Part shown: positions 52,611 through 64,000 of the stretch, one piece after another | How positions within the stretch are numbered: the stretch's first letter is position 1 | Layout of the letters: every line of letters begins with the position of its first letter | NCBI RefSeq assembly: GCF_006345805.1 | Contig: NC_042998.1 | Location: forward strand, 45,322,001-45,386,000 | Length of the DNA stretch: 64,000 nucleotides | Source of the DNA: Octopus sinensis | Lineage: Eukaryota | Reading direction: 5' to 3' | Position numbers and translations under genes: made by a program | Notes under the pieces: generated by a model | What the model saw: only the letters and a program-made list of their open reading frames with translations | Told to the model about the DNA's origin: nothing | The model's database searches: none

Positions 52611-52826
52611 CAAGGGGGTGCTTGAAAAGTTCCTGGTTTTGGGTTAAAGAAAATACAAGAGCATCAGTTAATTATGATTTTATTCAACATATTTCCCTCT
52701 CAGATCCACACTTATTGCAGCAGTCCTTTAGTTTTTCTAAACCCTGTAAAAGAACTTGGAAGTTTGGGCCTGCAACTAGACTTTTCACGATACCCTTAAA
52801 GCCAGGAACTTGTCGGCACCTCTTCA
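52611..52826 (-). mobile_element. Mariner-derived MITE, copy 2
   Basis: Same TIRs and interior as 26557-26772, in the opposite orientation. Confidence 0.8.
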
Positions 52827-53310
52827 TAGATTAATGAGCTAAGTACAGCTTATGGACATAAGTAGTGGTTTTTGTTCTTTGTAACAGGAAAGTGTTTTGC
52901 TACCTTAATTTGCAGAACCCAAATCCTCCTCAAGAGATTTAGGTTCAAAGAAGTGGATGCTAGCAAATTGATTTGTCTTAAACACATAAAGGGAAAAGTC
53001 TTTATTGGTGCCTCTTTGACAGAAATGGGTTACTCATTTTGGTTTAAGTTACTTGTAATAACCAAGGAAAACAGAAGCTCTGGTTGCTCCACTGCGTAAA
53101 ACCTAGAAACAGTATTTGATGGCATAAAAGACACTTAGATTATATTAGGCACACTCCAATCTCATAGTGCATATTCAAGAAAAATGCTTTTTAGTGCATT
53201 AAAGCTTATGGGAGACCCAACTTTGCATAGAGGTTCCAGGGTGATTTATTTTTTTAGACTTTTTTTTTTTAAGTGTATCTTATATACCAGTCCTTATACA
53301 AAAGATTGTT

Positions 53311-55399
53311 GTTTCAAATTGTGAGTTGTCACAATTCAAATAAGTTAATGAGCTTAGATTGGTCAGTAGATTTGGATGGAAATTTGATCATCTAATTTCT
53401 ATAAATATATTCAATATTACGCTGGTTGTCTCTGTTGAATTAAAGCTGAAAATAAACTGTTTATTGAAATCTATAACCACAACTCAGTACCTCATTTGTT
53501 TAACTATAGATATGTACTGTCTAAGGACAAATACTTAACATATAAAGGAAAGTTGATGCAATAACTATACAAACCCATTTTAATAAGAAAATACTTTTTT
53601 CTTTTACTTTAATCTGTTCCTTACAGATGCAGTTAGTCATATGCAGTAAGTTCAGAAGAAGAATTTCTGTGCATTCTGTTATTAGGTTGTTATTTGGCTC
53701 TGTGATTTTCTTCCCCTTTACCGCCACCATTTGCACAATGCAATACAGCTCTTCTGTTACTTGACTTTTCGATATTTCTGTGTAATTTATTATGTTGAAT
53801 ATGCATCTACTGTCATTTAGCTTCTCAGTATTCTTCATATTTGAGATCATTCAGTGTTTCAGATTGTGAGTAGTTACAATTCAAATTATGTTAATGGTCT
53901 TAGATTGGTCAGTGGTTTTGGATGAGCATCTAATTTCAGTAGCAGTTACATTTAATCTATACTAGCTTTGAAAGGCCATTGTTTTCTCTCCAATTATTTA
54001 TGTTTATATTTGCAGCAAGCCTGCACAACATATGGCTGCTTACTACATATATGACTTGCTACGGTTTTCTGTCACAGCTAAAGATACATTTTGTTTGCGG
54101 TGAGGAGGGAGTAGTAGTTAAAATTGCTGGCATAGAGGAGACAACATTCTTATATGCATACAGTTTTGAAAATAAAAATTAAAAGTCTCTCTTCTATTTT
54201 GGTTTTTTTGGTTGTTTTTTTTTTCTTGTGATGTATTATTAAAATTGAAAATATTCATTTATTTAAAAATCTACTGTAGCTTTTTCTTTAAAATAATGTG
54301 GTCCTTGTTACTTTCCAAGTGATGCAGGCCTGTTCTACAGTATGGCTTCTCTCCAAACATTACTGGAATAACTGCTGACATCCTTTTACTGTGGTTCAAT
54401 AAGTAAAAGCAAGTGATAAATCATAAATACTCCTAAAGTGAAATATCTATTATTAGGTAGAGCCACACAAAACGAATGTCAAATCAAAGCGAATCTATAT
54501 AGACGATGTAAACTACAGATAATATAAGTTAAGCTTGTACTAATAAATATCCAGTCAATGCTTGCTTTACACTTGACTTCCATAAAATATTCAATATTAC
54601 ACTGGTTGTCTCTGATGAATTAAAGCTGAAAATAAATTGTTTATTGAAATCTATAACCACAACTCAGTACCTCATTTGTTTAACATACTATAGATATGTA
54701 CTATCTAAGGACAGATGCTTAACATATAAAGGAAAGTTGATGCAATAACTATACAAATACAAACCCATATTTAATAAGAAAATGCTTTTCTCTTGTTCCT
54801 TACAGATGAAGTTAGTCATATGCATTAAGTTCAAAAGAAGAATTCCTGTGCATTCTGTTATTAGGTTGTTATTTGGTTCCCCTTTAGCGCCACCATTTAC
54901 ACAATGCAATACAGCTCTTCTGTTACTCTTTTACTTGTTTCAGTCATTTGACTGCGGCCATGTTGGAGCACCGCCTTTAATCGAGCAACTCGACCCCGGG
55001 ACTTATTCTTTTGTAAGCCCAGTACTTATTCTATCGGTCTCTTTTGCCGAACCGCTAAGTAACGGGGACATAAACACACCAGCATCGGTTGTCAAGCAAT
55101 GCTAGGGGGATAAACACAGACACACAAACACACACACGCACATATATATATATACATATATTCGACGGGCTTCTTTCAGTTTCCGTCTACCAAATCCACT
55201 CACAAGGCTTTGGTCGGCCCGAGGCTATAGTAGAAGACACTTGCGCAAGGTGCCACGCAGTGGGACTGAACCTGGAACCATGTGGTTGGTAAACAAGCTA
55301 CTTACCACACAGCCACACGACTTTTCAATATTTCTGTGTAGTTTATTATGTTGAATATGCATCTGCTGTTGTTTAGCTGCTCAATATTCTTCATATTTG
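53311..55399. repeat. Older, diverged duplication of a unit of about 545 bp
   Basis: 53311-53855 recurs as 53856-53937 + 54581-54927 + 55319-55399, interrupted by about 640 bp of unique sequence and a SINE-A. Confidence 0.85.
54928..55316 (-). mobile_element. SINE-A (tRNA head, core, internal microsatellite, right arm), young near-complete copy
   Basis: Head with GGTTCAGTCCC B-box-like motif; core GGCACCTTGxGCAAGTGTCTTCTACTATAGCC; tail ...GCAGTCAAATGACTGAAACAAGTAAAAGAGTA. Resembles the octopus OR-type CORE-SINEs (from memory). Confidence 0.85.
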
Positions 55400-56615
55400 T
55401 TTGGGCCATCTGTTTTAGCAGCTAAATGCTCTTTTTTTTTTTAGCTCCAGTACAGTTCCATTCAATAAGACTTAGAAGTAGGTGTTATGTTAAGAAATAA
55501 CCTGTTGTCTCAGGTACAGCACTTTCCTACTATACCACACCACACCACACCCTTGTGTGCTGTGATTAGATTTTTAATCTCTTTCTGTTGACAGTGTTAC
55601 ATCTATCTAATGTCAACTGGAAGTCAAAACTAGCTTTCAAGATTACACTCACTCAGTGCTTAATCCTTGTCATACCAACCTCACTGAAACCACCTCAGAT
55701 TCTATGACATAACCTTCCTGTTTAGAGTGATCTAAACTAAAATCTATTTATTGTTTTTTGTTTTAAATTTAAGTTTCAAATACCAGCATAATAATGATAG
55801 CTGTTTTATTAAATTCTTCACTACTTTCGAAATTAATTGAAAAATACGGTCACAAAAGGTTTAATGTTACATTTACCGTGCAAGAATTGCATTCCGTGTC
55901 AGCTGGTATAAAATCAAGAACGAGGGACTATAATTGTCATACAACTTAAGTACATGGATTATATTCAAATAATCTCATATTCAGGCAACAAGTGGTGCAA
56001 AGGCACTGATTGTTGAATCTATAATTTATTATACAGTAGCAGTAGTAGTGGTGGTGGTGGTGGTGATGGTAGAAGTAGTAGTGGTGGTGGTGGTGATAGT
56101 GGTAGTAGTAATAGTAGTAGTAGTTTCTAGCAATGGTTATAGTAATAGTAATAACAGTAGCATTGCTGGTGGTAATAGCAGTGGAAGTAGAGGAGATTTA
56201 TTGTATGAAAGGGATGTCCTAAAATTCTCCAACTGACAACAGTATATTGCATTTTGGCTTATAAGGCCTGATACACGTGTAAAAAAAATAAAAGCTTCAA
56301 TATAACAATAGTAGACCTGTACTGTATGAAAAAGGGGGGGAAAAAAGTGAACAGTGATTCGTTAAATATTCAAGAATGGTCTGAAGCTCAGTTATGGTAA
56401 ATCATAATAACTGGTTGGACAACTATTTCAATATGAATGGCTGGTTGTAATAACAGGAATTTAAGCAGATAGGAATTGAGAATAATGAAAGGATTCACTT
56501 CCTGATAAAGTAAGGTAGGACAGGAAAGAGGGTTTGGATGCTACAGAGCGAATCATAGCGATACAATTTTACATAAGCAATATATACATACACACATACA
56601 TACAATGTATGTGCG

Positions 56616-56660
<45 letters not shown>

Positions 56661-56729
56661 ATTATACTCACATATGTGCATGCACATGCATTTAAAAAGA
56701 AATTTTTTTATATTTAAAAAAAAATTCTT

Positions 56730-57000
56730 TGCTACAGCCATTCCAACAGGTTTTGCTCCTTGGTGCTGGCTGGCCTTGTGCATGAGTACCTGTTGCACAA
56801 GACCATCTAACTCCAATGAACAAAGGCCGTTGTAGAAACTGTAGAAAAGGTAGTGAGAGGGGATAATATGTTTATGGGTCAGAACCAGGAATGTGTCTGT
56901 ATGTCTTGCTGCACCTGCCGTAGCATCCCAAATGTGATTTAGCTTAAAGAAATATCCCTTACAAAAGTCACACAAGAAATGTGATGCGTTCAACATCTAA
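56730..57000 (-). mobile_element. Degenerate CR1/Jockey-like RT C-terminal fragment
   Basis: LTHKHIIPSHYLFYSFYNGLCSLELDGLV resembles LxHRRxVxSLxLFYRYYNGxCSxEL. Confidence 0.5.
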
Positions 57001-57732
57001 GCCGCATGGTATCCAAGCTAACTTTGCCTTTAATTAATTTTACTGCAACTCTTTCAGCTATTTGCTATTGTTTAGACCAGAGCTAATCACCTGACCATGA
57101 GAACATTTCATTCAATGTGCTGTTGGCCATCAAGGATATCTAGGCTTACAACCAGCACAGATAATCTAGCAATAGCTTATTGAGGTTTTGTCTCACAGTA
57201 GATTGAAAATGACTGAATGGAAAATCAATAATTCTCCTAATGTCAAAATGCTTCCCAAATTTCTTTATCAAGTTAGCTACTTATCTGTTATGCAATGATG
57301 GTTATTCCCTCTATTGAAATGGTTACTGCTGACTTGCGTGAGGAGTTTGCTGCTATTTATCTACTTACATTGAAATGTTTACATTCTGTCATTGTCAGGA
57401 TGGCTACTGTATCTTTGTCTAGATTAAAGTCGTCTTCTAAGTCAAAAGAAACCACACACGGATTTCTGATTAAACAATCTTGTTGAACTCTGGTAAATGG
57501 CCAGGATGAGATTACAATGTTGTATTATTATTATTATTATTATTATTATAAGTTTATTTTCCCCTTCATTGTCTTCTGTTTAGATGTTCTAGTCAATGTG
57601 CATATTAAGTGATGCCCGTGGTACCTAGAGAAGAATTTTCAGTTGAATTCTGTTGAATACTCTTTTCATTATATAGTACGTACACATACACACACATGTG
57701 CACATGTGTGTGTGTGTAAAAGCAAGAAATAT

Positions 57733-57954
57733 GCAAGTGGGTGCTGAAAAGTTCCTGGCTTTGAGTAAAAGAAGATACAGGAGATCAATTAATTATGATT
57801 TTAATCAACATATTCCCCTCTCAGATTCACACACTTATTGCAGTGGTCCTTCAGTTTTTCTAAGCCCTATGAAAGAAGCTCAGAATGTTGGTCCTCCAAC
57901 CAGGCCTTTCATGATACCTTTAAAGCCAGGGCGGAACTTTTCAGCACTCCCTTG
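57733..57954 (-). mobile_element. Mariner-derived MITE, copy 3
   Basis: Same TIRs; minus strand reads GLEKLKDHCNKCVNLRGEYVD*. Confidence 0.8.
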
Positions 57955-58348
57955 TACTGTAATTTATGTTTATATTCCAAAAGAGACAATATTTGAATAC
58001 CTGCTACTAAAAATTTTATGAACTGGTGATACATAAAGAGAGAATGAGTGTGCATGAGAGATACGGACAGACAGACAAACGGAAAGCTTTCTTCCATCAG
58101 CATGATTCCAGTGATTTAAAACAGAAATGAAGCATGTAATAACTGTAATGTTCATGATGATTAATCAAATTGAATTATTATTTATGGTGGACTTGCTAGT
58201 ATACTTGATGGTCACATGTGTTGTTACTTGGCCTACCAGTGCGTTTTGAGATTTTTATTTCATTTTAGTTTGTTTTGTTGTTTTATTTTTTGGGTTTTTT
58301 TTATATATATTTTTAAAACTTTACTTGGAAAAACCAATATATTTTCAG

Positions 58349-58466
58349 AGCAAAAAGATATTCGGCAGAAAAAGAAGCATCTGCAGCTACAGTTGAAGCA
58401 TGAAGAACAATTGGTTGCAGCTGCAAAGACTTGGAACAGTGAAGTTCTTCCAAACTGGGAAATTAC
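58349..58466 (+). CDS. TBC1D14: Next internal coding exon of the same gene (start of the TBC domain)
   Basis: Acceptor atattttcag and donor AC|gtaagt; 118 nt, phase 1 to phase 2. Joins the 30571-30653 exon in frame (G|AG = Glu). Translates EQKDIRQKKKHLQLQLKHEEQLVAAAKTWNSEVLPNWEIT, matching the family motif TWNNEILPNWETM. Confidence 0.9.
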
Positions 58467-58609
58467 GTAAGTTTTCAAGTTTTATTTAAATCTTCTGTAC
58501 ATCTACTATAAGTAGTTTTGCTATACATATATATATATATATAAGTATCTGGTAAATAGTTTTTATTAATTTCTCTTGGTTTTTGTGGGGGTTGTTTTAA
58601 TTTAAAAGA

Positions 58610-59416
58610 GGATTAGTGGATGAAAAGTACGACAATGATCTTGGGGAAACCTTGGGCATCAAAGAAGATCAGCTAGTCGCTTTTTTCCAGAAAACTTTTG
58701 AGCCAGGCCCAATGAATAATTTCCAAAAATCTCTGGCCTGGCAGTACTACCAGGGACCTTTGCCTGTTCAGGATAAACTTTACAGGCACAGAAGTGCTGT
58801 CAGCCAAGCATGTCTGAGAGGCATGCAGGATGACAGAACATTCCTGTATGCACTCATCCAGTACCCCAGCATTGCTGACCTGTGGGTTTATGTCAAACAC
58901 CTGATGTCACATGTGGGACAGATCTGGCTGTCAAATGAATTCATTGTGAAAATTGCCCCATCACTTTCCTTTAACTGGGAAGGAAAAGCTGTTTTTGTAT
59001 GCCTAGTAGTAGCCAGGGCAAATGAAGTTATCTGGTAAATGAGATTGTCAATCCCTGATGAACTCTTCAAGTTACACTTGAAAAGGAAAAGGTGGATGAA
59101 AGGGGCGAGAATGGTGCAAGTGAATGAGCTTGCCTTGAGCATATGCCCATAGTTGGAAAAAAAGGAATGGAAAAAGGCACCTGCCCCAAAAGTCAGGGTA
59201 CCCATGGTTTTTTATGGGATCTTTCCATGCTCAGCCCTCAAACGTCTCCTCCCTATTGAGGATTACACATTGTTGATTTCTTTCTTTTTATTTCGTTGTT
59301 TACACACAAAATCTTCACAACACACTCACACACTTACATTTCACACATTCTTTGTTTTGTCCGTGCTGTCCATAATGTTTTTCTTAATGTAAACCCTTGT
59401 GGTTAACAAAGAAATT
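58610..59416 (+). mobile_element. Tx1/L1-clade LINE 3' fragment (zf-RVT-like region and 3' UTR)
   Basis: SLAWQYYQGPLPVQDKLYRH..ACLRGMQDDRTFLYALIQYPSIADLW resembles a decayed RT zinc-binding motif (W..LP..DKL..C..C..ET..H..C..LW). Ends cccttgtggttaacaaagaaatt. Confidence 0.75.
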
Positions 59417-59425
59417 ATTATCATT

Positions 59426-59456
<31 letters not shown>

Positions 59457-60436
59457 GAAGAAGAAGATGCTTAGCAGCATTTCATCTATCTTCATATTCT
59501 GAGTTCAAATTCCACTGATGTCGACTTTGCCTTTCATCCTCTCAGGGTTGATAAATTAAGTACCAGTCAAGCACTAGGGTCACTGTGATCAATTATCCCC
59601 GTATCTACAAATTTCAGGCTTTGTGCCTATATTAGAAAAGATTATTATTAAAAGTTAAAGTAAGGCGGCATTGCCAGACTAAGTGCTTAGCAACATTTCA
59701 CCCATCTTTATGTTCGAATTCAGCTGAGATCGACTTTGCTCTTCATCCTTTTGGAGTCAATGCTGCTCGGCACCAGTGACATTGCAACTCATTTCTACAG
59801 CTGAGTAAACTGGAGCAGTGTGAAATAAAGTGCTCAAGAACATGATACAACCTGATCCAGAAATCAAACTCACTACCTTGTGATTATGAGCCTGATGCTC
59901 TAAACACTGAGCCATGAGCCTTTTTCCAAAACAACATAAATGAATAAACATTACATTTGACAGAATAATTTGAATGCTAAAGGGTTAATATCTGTGGATT
60001 GCAGTATTACCAAAACTGAAACTGGTATATTTGGCCAAAAGAAATAAAAGTGGGATTTCAAGACAATTATAATCTTAAATTTTTTTTGCCTTCATCCATG
60101 TCAAGAGAGGGATCTGTTTTGATTGAACCAACTAGTGTTTTTGTTTGTAAAAGGTTGAGGATGGAATTTTCCAGATGGTGTAAGAAGCCCAAAAATATTA
60201 TAACCCCTCTGAAAGTTTGTTTTGTTAGCAAACATAGACACACACACACACACACACACTCATGCATGCAATATTATCTCTGTGAAGTTTCTTTGTTCTC
60301 ATTTTTTAAACTTAAATAAACTACTTGAGTAAAAGGGAAGCATATTATCTGACTAGGTTTTCCTACACACCAAGATTTTTTTAGATCATTTTCCATGCTT
60401 GTGTGTATAATGTGTGTGTGTGTGTGTGTGTATATA

Positions 60437-61289
60437 TTAGGTCATCCCATAAATAATGTGATTTTTTTCAACTGCATGAACTAAAAGTCGGAGGGGGTGG
60501 AACAAACTACCTGCATCAACTTGCTATAAAAGCAGGTGGTAATTTTACCTCGTACTTATTCTTAGTGCAAGTTTTGAAGAGTGCAGTTCGATTTTAACAG
60601 TTATTTTTTTCAAAGTGATAAAGGAGCACATTTGGCATATTTTGCTTTATGAGTTCAATAAAAGCAACAATGCAACAGAAAGTGCGAGGAATATTAATGC
60701 AGTATATGGGGATCAGACAATAAGCATAAGCCAATGTCAATAGTGGTTCCAGAAATCCCATGCCAGAAACTACAGCCTAGAATACGAGCCTCATTCTGGA
60801 AGATCCATTGAGCTCGATGAGGATGTCCTGCAGACTCTAGTGAAACAAAATCCCATTGTAACTGTTTAGGAAATAGTAGTGAAGCTTCGATTTGGTCATT
60901 CAACCATTCATTGACACCTGCATGCCATCGGAAAAGGCAGCAAATTGGGTCACAAACTTCCAAGTCTAATTGCGCGCAAAGAGTGAATGTGTACTCTTCT
61001 TTGCTGTCACATCTCATGAATGAATCTTTTTGGACTGAATAGTGACTGGTGATGAGAAATGGGTTCTCTATAAAAATGTCAAGTGCCAGAGACAGTGGAT
61101 AGGGAAAAGAAACACCAGCACCTTGTCAAGGACAAGTAAATTTTGGAAGAAGGACCTTGCAAGTCTACCAGATAGATGGTAGAGCATTGTAGAAAATGAA
61201 GATTATATTTTAAATTTAAAAAGAACTTTGTTTATCTTAATTTTGAAAAATAAAGTGTAAAGAATTGCATTATTTATGGGATGACCCAA
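60437..61289 (+). mobile_element. Internally deleted mariner transposon
   Basis: TIRs TTAGGTCATCCCATAAATAATG and CATTATTTATGGGATGACCCAA. Decayed transposase EHIWHILLYEFNKSNNATESARNINAVYGD...EPHSGRS...IVTGDEKWVLYKN; the D,D34D core is mostly deleted. Confidence 0.9.
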
Positions 61290-61431
61290 TGTATTGTTTA
61301 ATAAATACAATATATGTTTTGATGTGCTACTATTAGTTTCATGTGCTGAGAGCATGCCAGACAGTGTTTGTTAACACATCTGGTGTCCTAGCACAATCAT
61401 CTAGCACTGTTGATATTACCATCACAGAACA

Positions 61432-61474
<43 letters not shown>

Positions 61475-61494
61475 CATACACACACACATATATA

Positions 61495-61888
61495 GGTGCA
61501 GGTGTGGCTGTGTTGTTAAAAAGTTTGCTTCCCAATCATATGATTCTGGGTTCAATCCCAGTGCAGTGCATGGTACCTTAGACATGTATCTTCTACTATA
61601 GCCTTAGGCCGAGTAAAGCCTCGTGAGTGGATTTGATTGGCAGAAACTGAAAAAAGACCGTTGTGTGTGTGTGTCTTTGTGTCTGTGTTTGTACCCCACC
61701 ACCGCTTGGCAACCAATGTTGGTGTGTTTACATTCTTGTAACTTAGTGTTTCAACAAAAGAGACCAATAGAATAAGCATCAGGCTTAAAGAAAATAAGTA
61801 CTGGGGTTGATTACTTCCACTAAATTCCTTAATGTGGTGCCCCAGCATGGCCGCAGTCCAATGACTGAAACAAGCAAAAGTAAAAGAG
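61495..61888 (+). mobile_element. SINE-A full-length copy
   Basis: Head, core, (TG)n, right arm and tail are all present. Confidence 0.85.
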
Positions 61889-62989
61889 CCAAAATATTTC
61901 ATCAAGGTGGTGCTCCAGCATGGCCACAGTCAAATGACTGATACAAATAAAAGAATAAATAGTTGCTAAACTACTTTCCCTGTATGTGTTTACATTTAAA
62001 CAAAGTGCTGTATGCAGACAGATTTTGTGTACATATGACAAGATAAAAACAACATGACCAGCAGGTGTTCATTTGCAATTAGTGGAAGCATACAGAAGGT
62101 TTGAACAGGTAAATTCTTTGGAATGTTATTCAGTTTCAAACCTTCTGTTCCAGTCCTAGGAAATAACCAGTAAATTTAATTTATACTTGGTATATTTTCT
62201 GCTAGACATTTTTTTAGGTTTTCCAGCTTCTTTTAGTTGTAACACTTTTAATAACCTTTTTGTTACCAGATTTATGTAGAAATATACTGCCTTCATTGCA
62301 ATTAATTTTTAAAACAATGAAGAATTTATGAAAATCACTTCGTATTTTTTTAAGCTGGTATCTGGAGTTTTAATGGAAGTTTTCAATTCAGATCAGTTGA
62401 AAACAAAGAATTTGTACCATAGAAGGAAGAGCAGTTTCAGGTGTGTTGGTATCCAAAGAGTTAGATACCTTATACCTAGTTACCATGATACCTTCTGCTG
62501 CTTTGAAAATTTAGCAACTACTTTATTATTATTGGCTTGCTGGCAAAATCGTTACAACATCAGGCAAAATACCTAGCAGTATTTCTTCCAACCCATTACA
62601 TCCTAAATTTAAACTCTGCCAGAATCAGCTTCTCTTTTCATCCTCCACGGTCATCTTTACCTTTGGATCACATTCCTCCAAGAGTTGATAAGATAAAATA
62701 CCAGTCAACTATTGGGATCAATGTAATCTCCCTTCCTGTAATATTGTTGACCTTGTGCCAAAATTTGAAAAATTGTTATTGAAAGGTAGGCCAGCCGGCA
62801 GAATTTTTAGCATTCTGAAGAAAATGCTTAGCAGTATTTCTAGTCTTTATGTTCTGAGTTCAAATTCCACTGAGGTTGACTTCGCTTTTCATCGTTACAG
62901 GATCAATGAAATAAGTACCAGTTGAGCACCAGGGTCAATATAATCAATTATCCCAATCTCCCCAAAGTTTCAGGCCTTGTACCTTGTAT

Positions 62990-63218
62990 CATCATCTTCA
63001 TCATTATCATCATCATCATCTTCATCATCTTCATCATTTCGTCATCTTCTTCATCTTCATCATCTTCTTCATCTTCTTCATTTTCTTCATCTTCTTCATC
63101 CTCATCATCTTCATCATCATCTTCACCATCATCATCATCTTCATCTTCATCATCATCTTCATCCTCTTCATCATCATCTTCATCATCATCTTCATCTTCT
63201 TCATCTTCATCATCTTCT
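62990..63218. repeat. (CAT/CTT)n trinucleotide expansion between two SINE-B copies
   Basis: Seen directly; it generates the poly-Ser, poly-His and poly-Asp/Glu ORFs in the track. Confidence 0.95.
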
Positions 63219-63564
63219 AGGTAGCAAGCTAGCAGAATCATTAGCACACTGGACAAAATGCTGCTATGCATTTCGTTCATCTTTACGGTCTGAGTTCAAA
63301 TTCTGCTGAGGTCAACTTTCCCTTTCATCCTTTCAGGGGTCAATAAAATAGGTACCACTTGAGCACAGAGGTCCATATAAACGACCTATCCCTTCTCCTA
63401 AAATTGCTAGTGTTATGCCAAAATCTGAAACCATTATTATTCATTTTTTATACTCTGTCTAGTTATTGATCCAAATTGTTCAAGCCATGACTTTTTCATT
63501 TTTTTAATCAAGCATTGTGTTTCTAAAACTACATTATTCAATGCATCCTTCATTCATTCCAAGT

Positions 63565-63599
<35 letters not shown>

Positions 63600-64000
63600 T
63601 ATATATAAATTATATAGAGAGATAGATAGATATTAAGATGCCAGTGAGATATGATAGAAATTAGGCTGCTATTTCTTGTAGGCTGAGTGATGACATAGAA
63701 GTCCCCCGTTGGCACTTTTCTACTCTGGTACACAATATATGATGCTAGTCCACTTTATAATTCAAGTGAAACAGCATCAGTGTAACTTAATATTCTTGTC
63801 GGTTCAGGAAGTGTTGCTAGATGATTGTCTGAAAAAGAATGTGATACCCAGCACATCTAACGCAGTATATGACAATACTGACAGCTGTACAACGCACGCA
63901 GATAGATGAGTTAGCAGGAGGTAACCATTGTTATTGTTGAGAAAGCTGTGTAAATAATGTTGATGCATTCAATTGAGTTGATGATCATAAAGCTTCTGTA

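Noticed and set aside
62948-63309. Poly-Asp/Glu, poly-Ser and poly-His ORFs
   Set aside because: These are translations of a CAT/CTT microsatellite between SINE copies.

Overview
AT-rich, microsatellite- and transposon-dense animal DNA. The SINE and MITE families look like those of an octopus genome; this species call is inferred from repeat recognition only. Host coding sequence is limited to two + strand exons of a TBC1D12/TBC1D14-family Rab-GAP gene (30571-30653 and 58349-58466), which splice in frame across a 27.7 kb intron. Everything else appears intronic, and nearly all ORFs in the supplied track are microsatellite or repeat artefacts. The introns hold a 5'-truncated, disabled 3.5 kb RTE LINE with many short 3' copies, Dong/R4, Tx1/L1 and CR1-like fragments, mariner derivatives, TTAA-flanked piggyBac-like MITEs, a Helentron-type element and three modular tRNA-SINE families. 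The most notable observations are three hammerhead-ribozyme-like motifs in Penelope-type terminal repeats (one with a CUGUAGA core), SINE tails that match LINE 3' ends present in the same window, a candidate alternative start exon at 53627-53645, and an apparently identical 1354 bp tandem duplication bounded by CA microsatellites. No CRISPR array, rRNA gene or genuine tRNA gene is supported, and no clearly new biological system is established from sequence alone.
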